Part shown: piece by piece, positions 34,504 through 43,713 of the stretch
How the letters are laid out: the number at the start of each line of letters is the position of its first letter
Numbering within the stretch: the first letter of the stretch is position 1
IMG/VR virus record: IMGVR_UViG_3300032288_003197
Coordinates: 1-64,000 of that record
DNA from: a virus
Strand: one strand, 5' to 3'
DNA: 64,000 nucleotides
Notes under the pieces: generated by a model
Seen by the model: only the letters and a program-made list of their open reading frames with translations
What the model was told of the DNA's origin: nothing
The model's database searches: none
Program-made: the position numbers and the translations under genes

Positions 34504-35718
34504 TTAGTTTTCAATTTTTACAACCGGATATTTTTCGTGAGCAACGTGGTCACGATAGCGATTGCCCGCTCGATTCCACTGCTCACCTTGTCCAAGAATA
34601 ATGTCAACCACACGATCCACAGTGGCATTGTTCCAGTCGCTAATAAGTCCCATGTTGTGATGTGGTTCTCGCAATAGGTTTTGTAACTTGTGATAAGCAT
34701 CATCTATGCTCCATGGTACATAAAGACGGTTGGGGTCATTAGCAAAGGTTTCAGGGAAAGAGCGATACGCTGGATACAATACATTGCATCCAAGAGTATC
34801 GGCCTCTGATACGGTGTTTGAAACCCAGTCCTGTAGAGCACAATTAAACAACACACGAGTATCGTTGACAAGAGCATAATACTGATCCTTCTTCAAGTTA
34901 TCATAGATCTTGAGCCGGCCCTCTGCCTCCATACGGCGGGCACGAACAATATACTCTGGGTTATTGGATCTGAGAGGTCCGCCACTGAAAATTGCAAATT
35001 CACATGGTTCCTTGGCAAGCTCACCATACATTTCAATAAGGTCCATGAAAAAGCCAGGTTGCTTTTCTTGGTCAAAGCGAGCTGCGAAGCCAACCCTGCG
35101 GGCCCGCTGAGCAAAGGGCGTAATTTTTGTCCGTCCTCCAATGCGCTCAAGAACTTCTTCTTTTCCAAATGCAAGACCGGAAATGTTGTAGATCGGAGCA
35201 GTCCACCCAGCAATCCGCATGTGAGCGACCATTTCTTCGTTGGTTGCAAGAACTGCGCCACCACTGAACGCCACCACCTCATTGACCATTTGTTCATATA
35301 GATTCATCCACTTGCTCATACCCCACACATGCACAAAGTCATCGGGATCAATGGCCTGTGCCAAACAGCGAACATAGATTCGGGGACATTGTTCGCGTGG
35401 AATCTGGTTCATGATGTAGCCCAGACTTTCAAAGCCAGGCTGGAACATATCTTCAAAGTAGATCACATCCTCACCGGTGACTTCTCCGTTCTTCATGAGT
35501 TGAACCAAGTTCATCATTTGGCTCATGGAGAAGTAACTGCGGCCATGTGCATCCAACACTTGCCCCACACTGATAGCCTGTGTGTTGTCAATGGTGTTGC
35601 CAGGCACATAAACAACGTCCAAGCCACGGCGCTCAAACACACGACGATTCCACTCAGTGAGTTGCAGTGTGTATCGGGCTTCGTAACTTTCCAAGCCCAT
35701 GTAATACAGTTTTCTCAT
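34504..35718 (-). CDS. GT-B glycosyltransferase
   Basis: ARFDQEKQP, SEADTLG, YPAYRSFPE. Confidence 0.75.
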   Translation of the reverse strand: MRKLYYMGLESYEARYTLQLTEWNRRVFERRGLDVVYVPGNTIDNTQAISVGQVLDAHGRSYFSMSQMMNLVQLMKNGEVTGEDVIYFEDMFQPGFESLGYIMNQIPREQCPRIYVRCLAQAIDPDDFVHVWGMSKWMNLYEQMVNEVVAFSGGAVLATNEEMVAHMRIAGWTAPIYNISGLAFGKEEVLERIGGRTKITPFAQRARRVGFAARFDQEKQPGFFMDLIEMYGELAKEPCEFAIFSGGPLRSNNPEYIVRARRMEAEGRLKIYDNLKKDQYYALVNDTRVLFNCALQDWVSNTVSEADTLGCNVLYPAYRSFPETFANDPNRLYVPWSIDDAYHKLQNLLREPHHNMGLISDWNNATVDRVVDIILGQGEQWNRAGNRYRDHVAHEKYPVVKIEN

Positions 35719-35720
35719 AC

Positions 35721-35945
35721 TCAACCCCTAGAGGTAGCAAATCGACGCAGGTCCTCACTCCACATGTTCTTGGCGTTCTTGCCTTGTGTGAATTTGTTGA
35801 ACTGTTGCCATGCATAGCTCTTGAAGTTGTAGAGATCTGACTCATTGTAACGATACCCGTAGTCTTGACAGAACTCCAAGAATTTGTCAAGGTCGTTGAA
35901 AATCTCAGCAACACGGGGATTGGGTTTGAACGATGGCTTGGCCAT
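35721..35945 (-). CDS. hypothetical protein
   Basis: AAGGA RBS. Confidence 0.7.
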   Translation of the reverse strand: MAKPSFKPNPRVAEIFNDLDKFLEFCQDYGYRYNESDLYNFKSYAWQQFNKFTQGKNAKNMWSEDLRRFATSRG

Positions 35946-35954
35946 TTTATTTCC

Positions 35955-36410
35955 TTAGATATTAACAGAAAGTGAAGGACGGTGAGTTTCGTATTTGATG
36001 AGAGCCCCGTTTTCACCATCTTCGGAGACCTCAATCCAGACCGCACGGTCAGGATAGCGTGATGCAATTTGAATGTACAGATCGTCTGCCATCATTTCGC
36101 AAGATTTGTAATCGAGTTGGAGTGTGCCCGACTCGTAGAGTTTTTGGAGCCATCGTTTGAATTGGATGAACTCGATGTCTCGATCGTTGTGTACGACATC
36201 GATCCACACCCGGAAGTGGAAGATATGACGGTGAGGGCTACCAAGGAAACTAACATCATACTCATCGCCCGTCGCAAGTTCGGGCGCTGTGGCGGCTGCT
36301 GGGTAACAGTGGATTCCTTCTTTTTGGAAGGTAACCCAGATTTTTCGTTCTGCATGTTGCATGATCCTTTCTTTTTGTTCTACCAGTGCTTGTTCTCGTT
36401 GTGTGTTCAT
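35955..36410 (-). CDS. QueD paralog, DpdL-like (putative CDG decarboxylase)
   Basis: LGSPHRHIF fits the recalled LxxxHRHxF DpdL signature; SCE and VSEDGENGA T-fold motifs. Confidence 0.7.
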   Translation of the reverse strand: MNTQREQALVEQKERIMQHAERKIWVTFQKEGIHCYPAAATAPELATGDEYDVSFLGSPHRHIFHFRVWIDVVHNDRDIEFIQFKRWLQKLYESGTLQLDYKSCEMMADDLYIQIASRYPDRAVWIEVSEDGENGALIKYETHRPSLSVNI

Positions 36411-36820
36411 GATTTTAATGCTTCCAGGGTTATGATTTGACCAATGGCTTGGCCAAGATCTTGATTGTCACCGATTACATGTAGTTCATACACACTGTCT
36501 CCGGTGCGTCGATCAGGTCTACGTGTTTCAATCACTGTGCCACCATTGGCACGATACACTTCAAATCTGATGCCAGTGGCGCTGATTCTACAGGTGTCTT
36601 CTGATATTGCAATATCTTCTTGACGCTGATGGTCATCGGCCAGGCTCCAGGTGACCAAGCCTCTGATGATTCGCTTAAACATATTGGGTCCTTTTGTTTG
36701 ATATTTTCTTACTGGTTTGACTGCGGTACCGGTACTGATGGCGGTGCCATAGATTTTGTTCATTCTATGTTGTTTGCTACTGGTTTTAGCACCTATAACT
36801 TGTGGATATGTTGCCATCAC
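36407..36820 (-). CDS. hypothetical protein
   Basis: Coupled ORF. Confidence 0.65.
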   Translation of the reverse strand: MMATYPQVIGAKTSSKQHRMNKIYGTAISTGTAVKPVRKYQTKGPNMFKRIIRGLVTWSLADDHQRQEDIAISEDTCRISATGIRFEVYRANGGTVIETRRPDRRTGDSVYELHVIGDNQDLGQAIGQIITLEALKS

Positions 36821-37332
36821 AGCACCCGATCTTTGGTGTATTCGGACCAGTCGGTGAACTGTGATCTGGTCATCAGGTCATGAATGCTGTGACACCAAAC
36901 ACCAGGGTTGGAATGATCAAAGTCGGTATCATCCAGTTTGAGAGTGGCATTGTAGCCCAGCAAACCAATGTAAGGCAATTTGGCTGAAATCATGGGAATA
37001 AAATATCTGTTCTCACACAGGCCAGATTCGGCTAGACCTTCCACACAACTGATGTCTAGATCCAATGTACATTGAATATTTTTTCCCAGAAAGTGAAAAA
37101 TCATGAGTTCCCACTTGGCCCATTCGCCGCCATCATTGACTTTAAGATTGGGAAAACTGTGATTGGCACCAAAATAAATGTGCTCAATACTGTGATTCTC
37201 ATCTAGATATTTTTGAATATCAGCAACCGACTGGACTCCCACAACAAACAGAGTTGTTTTACCATGTGCAGGTGTGCGCTCAACTTCGGTGCCAATAAAA
37301 AAGTTGGCTGTTTCGTGCCCGTGTCTATTCAT
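36817..37332 (-). CDS. conserved hypothetical protein adjacent to TGT-like gene
   Basis: HIYFGANHSF, NPGVWCH. Confidence 0.7.
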   Translation of the reverse strand: MNRHGHETANFFIGTEVERTPAHGKTTLFVVGVQSVADIQKYLDENHSIEHIYFGANHSFPNLKVNDGGEWAKWELMIFHFLGKNIQCTLDLDISCVEGLAESGLCENRYFIPMISAKLPYIGLLGYNATLKLDDTDFDHSNPGVWCHSIHDLMTRSQFTDWSEYTKDRVL

Positions 37333-38896
37333 TGTGAATCGCTTTTTCCATTTGATCCAATGTGGTAGTGTCTAATATTACACTATCATCGCTGGTGTTG
37401 TCAACATCATCTTCTTCAAAACTGAACAGTGCATTGAATTGAGTACGAGCATTCTTGGTTTTCTTGCCTTTGAAACCTCGTGTGCCCACAATCTCCATCC
37501 AATACGTATCGTACAATTCTATAATATCTTCGGCAGTTTGTCTATCCGGTGCGGCAAATATGGCTTCCACAATATCTTCAAATCGAGCATAGTCTCCGGT
37601 GCTACGACGCATCATGGCCGGATGTTCTCCTGCATCAAAACGTCGATTGGCTTCTTGCACAGCGGTCAGGTGCATGTAAACATTGTGGCCCATTAGCAAC
37701 GCATAACTGAAACTATCCCACGACGTTTTGCCTTCCTTGCCGTTTTTATTTAGATCGCCAGGCCGGTAGATACAGATATCTTTCATCTGCAACATGTTGC
37801 TGATGGGACTGTCTTGCCAACGTGGATAGATGCCGTCTGCAACTACCCCTTGTGCCCAAGGTCTTGTGTCTGTGGCGTATTTTTTGTCATCGGCTGAAGG
37901 AGCCATGCGATACGACCACTTTGAGTCGTGTTCAAATACGTTTTCAAAGTAGACCTGTCCGTTTGCTGTTGCAAGGAACGGTGAGGCGCAGTCAAACGAG
38001 ATTGTGAATTGTGGATTGACATATTTTCTTACGGCCCTTTGGATCACAGTTAATAAAACAGCCCACTCCAGTTTGGAGGTTCCCAAGAAGTGCATCCAGT
38101 CATGAACACCTTCTTGAAGTAGATTGTCGTAGCGCAGAGCCACCAGGCGTTTGAGCACCAGGTGCACGTCGCACATGTTCTGGCCGCCCATGGCCCAACC
38201 GTCAAAGTGAGTGTTGGGATACTTTACAGGGTCACAGTACTCTTTCATGATCTGGTACCATTCTTCAGCAGATGTGTGATTGTCGCCCTGCAACACATTC
38301 AAGAATCGGGCGCCGCCATTGTTCTTGCCCCGGCGGTTGGCCATGAAGTATTCGTTGTTGAACTTGGTGGCTGCCACTGCTTCTTCCAGTGTGGTGATAC
38401 CGCACGCCTGGCTGGCTTCTCGACTGTGTATGACCCATGTGGGGATATCCAAGATCATGCCATAGTCGGCCACATTGTCCAGCCAATTCAGAACGAGTTG
38501 CCGCTTCTTTTGGGCCCGAGCACAACCCGAGTTGGCCTTCCAATCTCCTTCCCAAAGTCCCTTAGCAATCTGAAAGCCGCCCGAGTCTCCCAATATAAAA
38601 GTCCCAGGTTCCCGGTTTCGTACCATGTCCTCTGACCAGTCCTGCTTGGCAAGATCAAGGTTGGCATGTCCACCCGAATAAAGCGACCACTTGTAAGGAA
38701 ACAAGCCTTTGGTAGAGTTGAGCCAATTAAGTTGTTCCATATCCGTGAGGCCCTGCGGAAATCGTGCGGGATCCACATAAGGTTCATTCCTTTGCTTGCC
38801 TATGAATGTGGCATAGAAGCCGGAGATAGCCGGAAGAAACACAGCATAGTCCAACTGCTTGGCAGTCAAGTTGTCTCGAACTACGGGCTCGGTCAT
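37325..38896 (-). CDS. TGT-fold transglycosylase (DpdA-like DNA guanine transglycosylase)
   Basis: DSGGFQ, LDIP, VLQG, HFLG, SFD, HN motifs; located between deazaguanine genes and replication genes. Confidence 0.8.
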   Translation of the reverse strand: MTEPVVRDNLTAKQLDYAVFLPAISGFYATFIGKQRNEPYVDPARFPQGLTDMEQLNWLNSTKGLFPYKWSLYSGGHANLDLAKQDWSEDMVRNREPGTFILGDSGGFQIAKGLWEGDWKANSGCARAQKKRQLVLNWLDNVADYGMILDIPTWVIHSREASQACGITTLEEAVAATKFNNEYFMANRRGKNNGGARFLNVLQGDNHTSAEEWYQIMKEYCDPVKYPNTHFDGWAMGGQNMCDVHLVLKRLVALRYDNLLQEGVHDWMHFLGTSKLEWAVLLTVIQRAVRKYVNPQFTISFDCASPFLATANGQVYFENVFEHDSKWSYRMAPSADDKKYATDTRPWAQGVVADGIYPRWQDSPISNMLQMKDICIYRPGDLNKNGKEGKTSWDSFSYALLMGHNVYMHLTAVQEANRRFDAGEHPAMMRRSTGDYARFEDIVEAIFAAPDRQTAEDIIELYDTYWMEIVGTRGFKGKKTKNARTQFNALFSFEEDDVDNTSDDSVILDTTTLDQMEKAIHNE

Positions 38897-39618
38897 TACT
38901 TGCTTTGTGCAGGAAGGGTGTAGTTATAAACTGCCAGGCCAGAATCCACAGTGATTTCAGCGGCACCATCATCCGAGATGCGTACTTTCTTGTCACCGGT
39001 CAAGTCCATGATGCTGACAAATTGCTTGGCGGGCCAGGACCATGCACGTTTGAGTTGGCCGCTTACGCCAGGGTGGAACACAAAGTTGCCCGAGTGCGTG
39101 GAGTGATCACCAAAGAAGAATTTGAGATCACCGCCATCGGTCTTGGCTTGGAAGTTGGCTTCTTCTGCGTTGGCGCTCATCTGCCACTTCAGTCTCTGAA
39201 TGGCAGCATTGGTGGGTTCAAACTCAATGTGCCAAGTCACAGGACGAATCTTGGCAGTTTTGAGTTTTTCTTTTACCACTCCCGACGCCATGAAGCGATA
39301 GTTGTTTTTAAAGTCGCCCACTTTGTTTTCAAAGTTGATACCATCGGGTTCACCAGTTGAGCCTTTGGTGATACTGAGTTTGCTGTCTTCACGATACTCT
39401 TGCAAGTTCAGCAGTGTTTTGAGTTTGCCTAGATTGGGCATACCAAATGTTCCCACGAAGTCGGCCACAGGGTTGTGAAAGTTGCCGCGAATCACAACAC
39501 TCAGGTCTTCGGCCAGACCCACAATTTCAGTTTTGCTGGTATCGCCAACAATTTTGATCAAGTCAATGCAGCCAAGATCATAAGTGTGTTCTACTAAATC
39601 TAACAGGTAATCTCTCAT
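38896..39618 (-). CDS. putative DNA polymerase sliding clamp
   Basis: 240-aa two-domain beta-rich protein ending YNYTLPA, near the polymerase. Confidence 0.6.
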   Translation of the reverse strand: MRDYLLDLVEHTYDLGCIDLIKIVGDTSKTEIVGLAEDLSVVIRGNFHNPVADFVGTFGMPNLGKLKTLLNLQEYREDSKLSITKGSTGEPDGINFENKVGDFKNNYRFMASGVVKEKLKTAKIRPVTWHIEFEPTNAAIQRLKWQMSANAEEANFQAKTDGGDLKFFFGDHSTHSGNFVFHPGVSGQLKRAWSWPAKQFVSIMDLTGDKKVRISDDGAAEITVDSGLAVYNYTLPAQSK

Positions 39619-39649
39619 GTGTTTCTCCTAATGTTAAAGTGTACAGGAA

Positions 39650-40594
39650 TCATGTTGTTTTTGCAACAACTTTGGCCAAAGTCTGGCCGCCTCGTAGACT
39701 GGACAAGTCGCCAGGCTTTTTGAATTCAAACCAACTTACGTCTCCTTGACCATCATAGGCTTCACGCAGTTCAAACCCCAGTGCCACAGCATGTGCTTCG
39801 ATCATTCTGCGCGGTGTGTACATCATCCATGCATGTTCAGCACGTATCACACCGTATGCAAGATCGCAGTTGTTGTAGGTCATGATCACTACACCGCCGG
39901 GCCGCAATTTTTCAAAAAACTCATCTAGAAATTTGCATATGATTGGCACGGGTTTGTGATTGAAATAGTTGTAGGCAAATATTGCACCAAATTGATTGTT
40001 GGGCAGTTGGTGCAGTATTGGCCCCGGTGCCCAATCATTTATCACGTACTCACGCAGTCTGCGTTGATATGCAGGAGTAAATTTTTCAATGGCTGGTTGC
40101 ATGAGTTCTGACTTGTGATCAACCACATACAGTGGATCCAACGGAACCATGTCTTCAATATAGTTTTCAAGGCCGGGCCGCAGAATCATGCCCGGCAGTC
40201 GCCAGTCAGTGATGTTTCTTAGATGAGTTCTCAAGCGTAGATCATCTTCGCTGTCAATACCCATGCGCCGTGCAAATATAGCATTTGCAGAGTCACGCCA
40301 GTGCTCTTCAAGATAGATATGCATGCTTTTCTCAAGATACTCATGTTCTCCAATGGCTATTTGTTGTTTTAAAGTTTGTTTTAAATTTTCTACCTGGTCG
40401 GCAAATTTGTCAATTGAGTATGAAATATCACTGTAAGTGCTATCAATCAGTTTTGATATGCCTTCAAATTGATCTGCATGTTCAGCAACGGTGTGACGAA
40501 TGTGGTTGATTTTACCAACCGCAGTCACACACTCACTTCTAACATCAAGTGAGTCTAACAAATTGAGATAGGCAACTAATTTACTGAGCTTCAT
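39650..40594 (-). CDS. coiled-coil plus SAM-methyltransferase-like protein
   Basis: QFGAIFAYNYF, KLRPGGVVIMTYN. Confidence 0.55.
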   Translation of the reverse strand: MKLSKLVAYLNLLDSLDVRSECVTAVGKINHIRHTVAEHADQFEGISKLIDSTYSDISYSIDKFADQVENLKQTLKQQIAIGEHEYLEKSMHIYLEEHWRDSANAIFARRMGIDSEDDLRLRTHLRNITDWRLPGMILRPGLENYIEDMVPLDPLYVVDHKSELMQPAIEKFTPAYQRRLREYVINDWAPGPILHQLPNNQFGAIFAYNYFNHKPVPIICKFLDEFFEKLRPGGVVIMTYNNCDLAYGVIRAEHAWMMYTPRRMIEAHAVALGFELREAYDGQGDVSWFEFKKPGDLSSLRGGQTLAKVVAKTT

Positions 40595-43251
40595 TCAAAT
40601 TCAAACAAACTACTAAATGTATTTTCTGTGTTGGTTGCACTTGCAAGATCCCAATCCAACACACCCAACAAGTTGTCAACTTTGCCATCCACCACAGTTG
40701 CCTCCATCTCTCCGTCATCAAACGGCAAAGACGTAAACCAACTTGGCAATCTTTGTTCATCTGTTGGATAACCAATTGAAGTCCAACCTAGAGCATTGCT
40801 TCTTAGTTTGCAAACAATAGTTTTCATGCCATCCACAATCTGCATACTATAGTTGTCGCCATTCATCTTGCGCATGTTGTTCCAGTTGATTGCGGCTCGC
40901 ACATGCCCGGGCATGTTGGCTTTGCCAAGTCTTGCTTCCTCTGCTGAATACTTGGTCAAGTTGTTCACACGCTTGGGGCTACCCTTTTCCCAACCTGGAC
41001 GTTCTTTGAACTCGTATTTGAATTCACGGATGCGTTCCACAATCTCATCTCGACCTGCACCAGCAAGTAGTTTATTTAGAATTTCCAACAAGAAGTCTTG
41101 AATTACCTTGGGGGTATCTGAGCGTTTAAGGTCAAGTCCTGTGGCTTTGGTTTTGCCAATTGAGCCATTGACATCAAGACGCTTGCCTTCGATGTCAATG
41201 GCGTTGACAGCATAACGCTTTTTTGTGATAAACAAGCCACGGTCTGCCACAGTTTCACGACCGCATTTGATCAGTTCACCCATGTCTCGGGGGCAGTGGA
41301 ACGCCTGTTCCATAAAGCCCGGGAAACTCGAGTTGACTTGGTCAGCAAGGCTGTCATACAGTTGAATACAAGTCTCTTTTGACCACGCCATACGTCCTTC
41401 TTCAACTTCCTTCTTAAGCGCGGGCCATGCTGAAAAATAACATGAGTCCGTATCTCCATATATGACTGCTTTTCCAACATGATCATACTCGCCCGTGATG
41501 AGTTCGTTAAGATAAGCATCCATGTGTTTTGCAATCGAACGACCAGTAAGAGTGGTGGACTGCCCAATACGTTTGTCAAAGAACCTACAGCCAGGATTAA
41601 GAATAGCACCGTACAAACTGTTGAGGTTAATCTTTTTAACTAACTGACGCTTGTCCCAGAATGCAATTTCTTTGGCATCTTTGGCTTCCTTCTTCTTGGC
41701 CTGCAATTCCTTACGTTCCGAATACCAACGCTCTAGCAAGCCGGGGATGATGCCCTTCTTCTCAAATGTGAGAATAGTGCCGTTGGCAGTCAATATCCAC
41801 GGCTGGTTACTATCAAAGATAATGTTCCAGATTTCTGCGGCTGAGTGTACACTTTCTTCGCCGTTTTCCCAGTCAATGGTGATCTCAGTGCCGCGTTCTT
41901 GATTCATCACAGCAGTGTATTCAAGACAAGCAAACAAACCTTCCCAAGCAGCCGCAAAGCTCTGACCCTTGGCCATGTTGTTTTTGATCAACTGGTTGGT
42001 CATCACAGGGCGCAGTTGACCCACAATGGTTTCTGGTCCCATGTTGCAGGCACGAATCGCACTGGGGTATAGGCTGTTGATGTCCACTGACCCAATCCAT
42101 TCATGCACACCTTTCTTGGGATAGGCCACATAAGCACCTGCGGCCTGTGTGTCTTCATCTGTAAGGCGTTGCTTGCGGTTAGGCACAACCATGCCACGTT
42201 CATGTGCTTCGTTGATGATGGCTTGTTCAGTCACTGCCACGGCACCCATGGTGGTCTGTAATAACACAGTGTTGGCATGTGCCAGTTCGTTGGCCAGATC
42301 CAAAAAGCGCAACTTCTTGTCTAGTTTACCAATCAGTGCAGTGTCTTGGCGGTTGTATTCAATGAACGTTCGGAAGTGCTGGTTGTACAGTTGATCCAGT
42401 GTGCCTTCAAACTGTGTCTTGCGTTCGCCCAGTTCGTATTCACAAATAGCATCCAAGCTGTATGAATGGCGTTCTTCGTATGTGTACTTGCGATACAGTT
42501 GCATATAGTCCATATGCACACGACCGATCAAATCATAAGTTTCGTTTTCAGCGCCAAAGCGTTCAAACATGCGCTTCTTGGGCAGTTGCCCCCACAAGCA
42601 GAATTTACGTGTGTCATCTTTTGACAGCACACGCACACATCTGTTGACAGTATAAGGAATATCATAGCCCTCTGAGTTCCAACCACTCAGCACATCGGCG
42701 TCGTCAATCAAGTCAAGGAATGTCTTGATCATTTCAGCTTCGTCTTCAAACAAAATAGTGTTGTCAAAGTCTTTGACCAACTCATGTGCAGTTTCCCAAC
42801 TTAGATGTCGGGGCGGTACTGCCAATGTAACAAGTTGATCTAACCAATCAAGGTAAACTGAAATAGCGGTGATAGGATTGAATGGATCCTCAACTGGTGA
42901 GAAACCACGCTCTTTGTCAAATGCAACCTCGATGTCGAAAAAAGCTGTGTGTAGTTCAGGGGCGTCAGCACCTTTGTAGTTTTCTTCAAGACATCGGAAT
43001 ATGGGATTGATGTCTGATTCATAAAGTTGCTTGCCGCTGTGAATACGGACTTCCTTGCGGAACTCTTTGTTATTGCGTGTAGAAAATCTTGATACGGGTG
43101 TGCCGTAGATGCTGCGAAACTTTCCACGTGGATCATCGTAATAGAAAATGTAATTTGCTGGATACTCTTTGTAGACTCGCACGCCGTCACGGCGTTCCAC
43201 AGTATGAATGCGATCGTGTTCACGATCAAATAGTGCGTCAATATAACTCAT
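40591..43251 (-). CDS. family B DNA polymerase
   Basis: FDIE, WNSEGYD, YNRQD exonuclease motifs; DINSLYPS, KINLNSLYG, YGDTDS, KKRY. Confidence 0.98.
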   Translation of the reverse strand: MSYIDALFDREHDRIHTVERRDGVRVYKEYPANYIFYYDDPRGKFRSIYGTPVSRFSTRNNKEFRKEVRIHSGKQLYESDINPIFRCLEENYKGADAPELHTAFFDIEVAFDKERGFSPVEDPFNPITAISVYLDWLDQLVTLAVPPRHLSWETAHELVKDFDNTILFEDEAEMIKTFLDLIDDADVLSGWNSEGYDIPYTVNRCVRVLSKDDTRKFCLWGQLPKKRMFERFGAENETYDLIGRVHMDYMQLYRKYTYEERHSYSLDAICEYELGERKTQFEGTLDQLYNQHFRTFIEYNRQDTALIGKLDKKLRFLDLANELAHANTVLLQTTMGAVAVTEQAIINEAHERGMVVPNRKQRLTDEDTQAAGAYVAYPKKGVHEWIGSVDINSLYPSAIRACNMGPETIVGQLRPVMTNQLIKNNMAKGQSFAAAWEGLFACLEYTAVMNQERGTEITIDWENGEESVHSAAEIWNIIFDSNQPWILTANGTILTFEKKGIIPGLLERWYSERKELQAKKKEAKDAKEIAFWDKRQLVKKINLNSLYGAILNPGCRFFDKRIGQSTTLTGRSIAKHMDAYLNELITGEYDHVGKAVIYGDTDSCYFSAWPALKKEVEEGRMAWSKETCIQLYDSLADQVNSSFPGFMEQAFHCPRDMGELIKCGRETVADRGLFITKKRYAVNAIDIEGKRLDVNGSIGKTKATGLDLKRSDTPKVIQDFLLEILNKLLAGAGRDEIVERIREFKYEFKERPGWEKGSPKRVNNLTKYSAEEARLGKANMPGHVRAAINWNNMRKMNGDNYSMQIVDGMKTIVCKLRSNALGWTSIGYPTDEQRLPSWFTSLPFDDGEMEATVVDGKVDNLLGVLDWDLASATNTENTFSSLFEFE

Positions 43252-43323
43252 TGTTCTCCGTTTGTGGCCGGCTAGCCTTGATACATGCTCGTGACGTGAG
43301 CGACTCGTCTACTGAGTAGATAT

Positions 43324-43584
43324 TTATAGAGTTTTGCCCACAGTTTCAAGAATTGTTTCCAGGGTCTCGTGGTCTTGCTTTTCTTTGCCGAATTCTGCTT
43401 TGTGAGCCAGCTTGATGGCTTTCTTGAGAATGGCAGGTTTGACTTCTAACTCTTCGGCCACAGCCTTGATGGTATCGTTGAGGCCACCTTGCAGCGTGTC
43501 AATCTCATGCATGACCTGCATGCCTTCGTTGATGATTTGAGTGAGTTTGACCTTTTGGTCACCGTTGAATGTTTTGGTTGACAT
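43324..43584 (-). CDS. DsbA/GapR-like dsDNA-binding protein
   Basis: Short helical protein, IKAVAEELEVKPAILKKAIKLAHK; promoter TTGACA-N-TATAAT upstream. Confidence 0.6.
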   Translation of the reverse strand: MSTKTFNGDQKVKLTQIINEGMQVMHEIDTLQGGLNDTIKAVAEELEVKPAILKKAIKLAHKAEFGKEKQDHETLETILETVGKTL

Positions 43585-43713
43585 AGACATCTCCTAAAGT
43601 GTTATTATAACACTTATTTTGGAGATGTCAAGGTGTATGTGCTCGTTTTGGACCTCAAGGTAGCGAATCTCTTGGTCCAGGCAGCAGCCGCCCACTCGGT
43701 CCTAAGGGCTGAG

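Noticed and set aside
40591-43251. Intein or intron in DNA polymerase
   Set aside because: Continuous 886-aa ORF with normally spaced motifs
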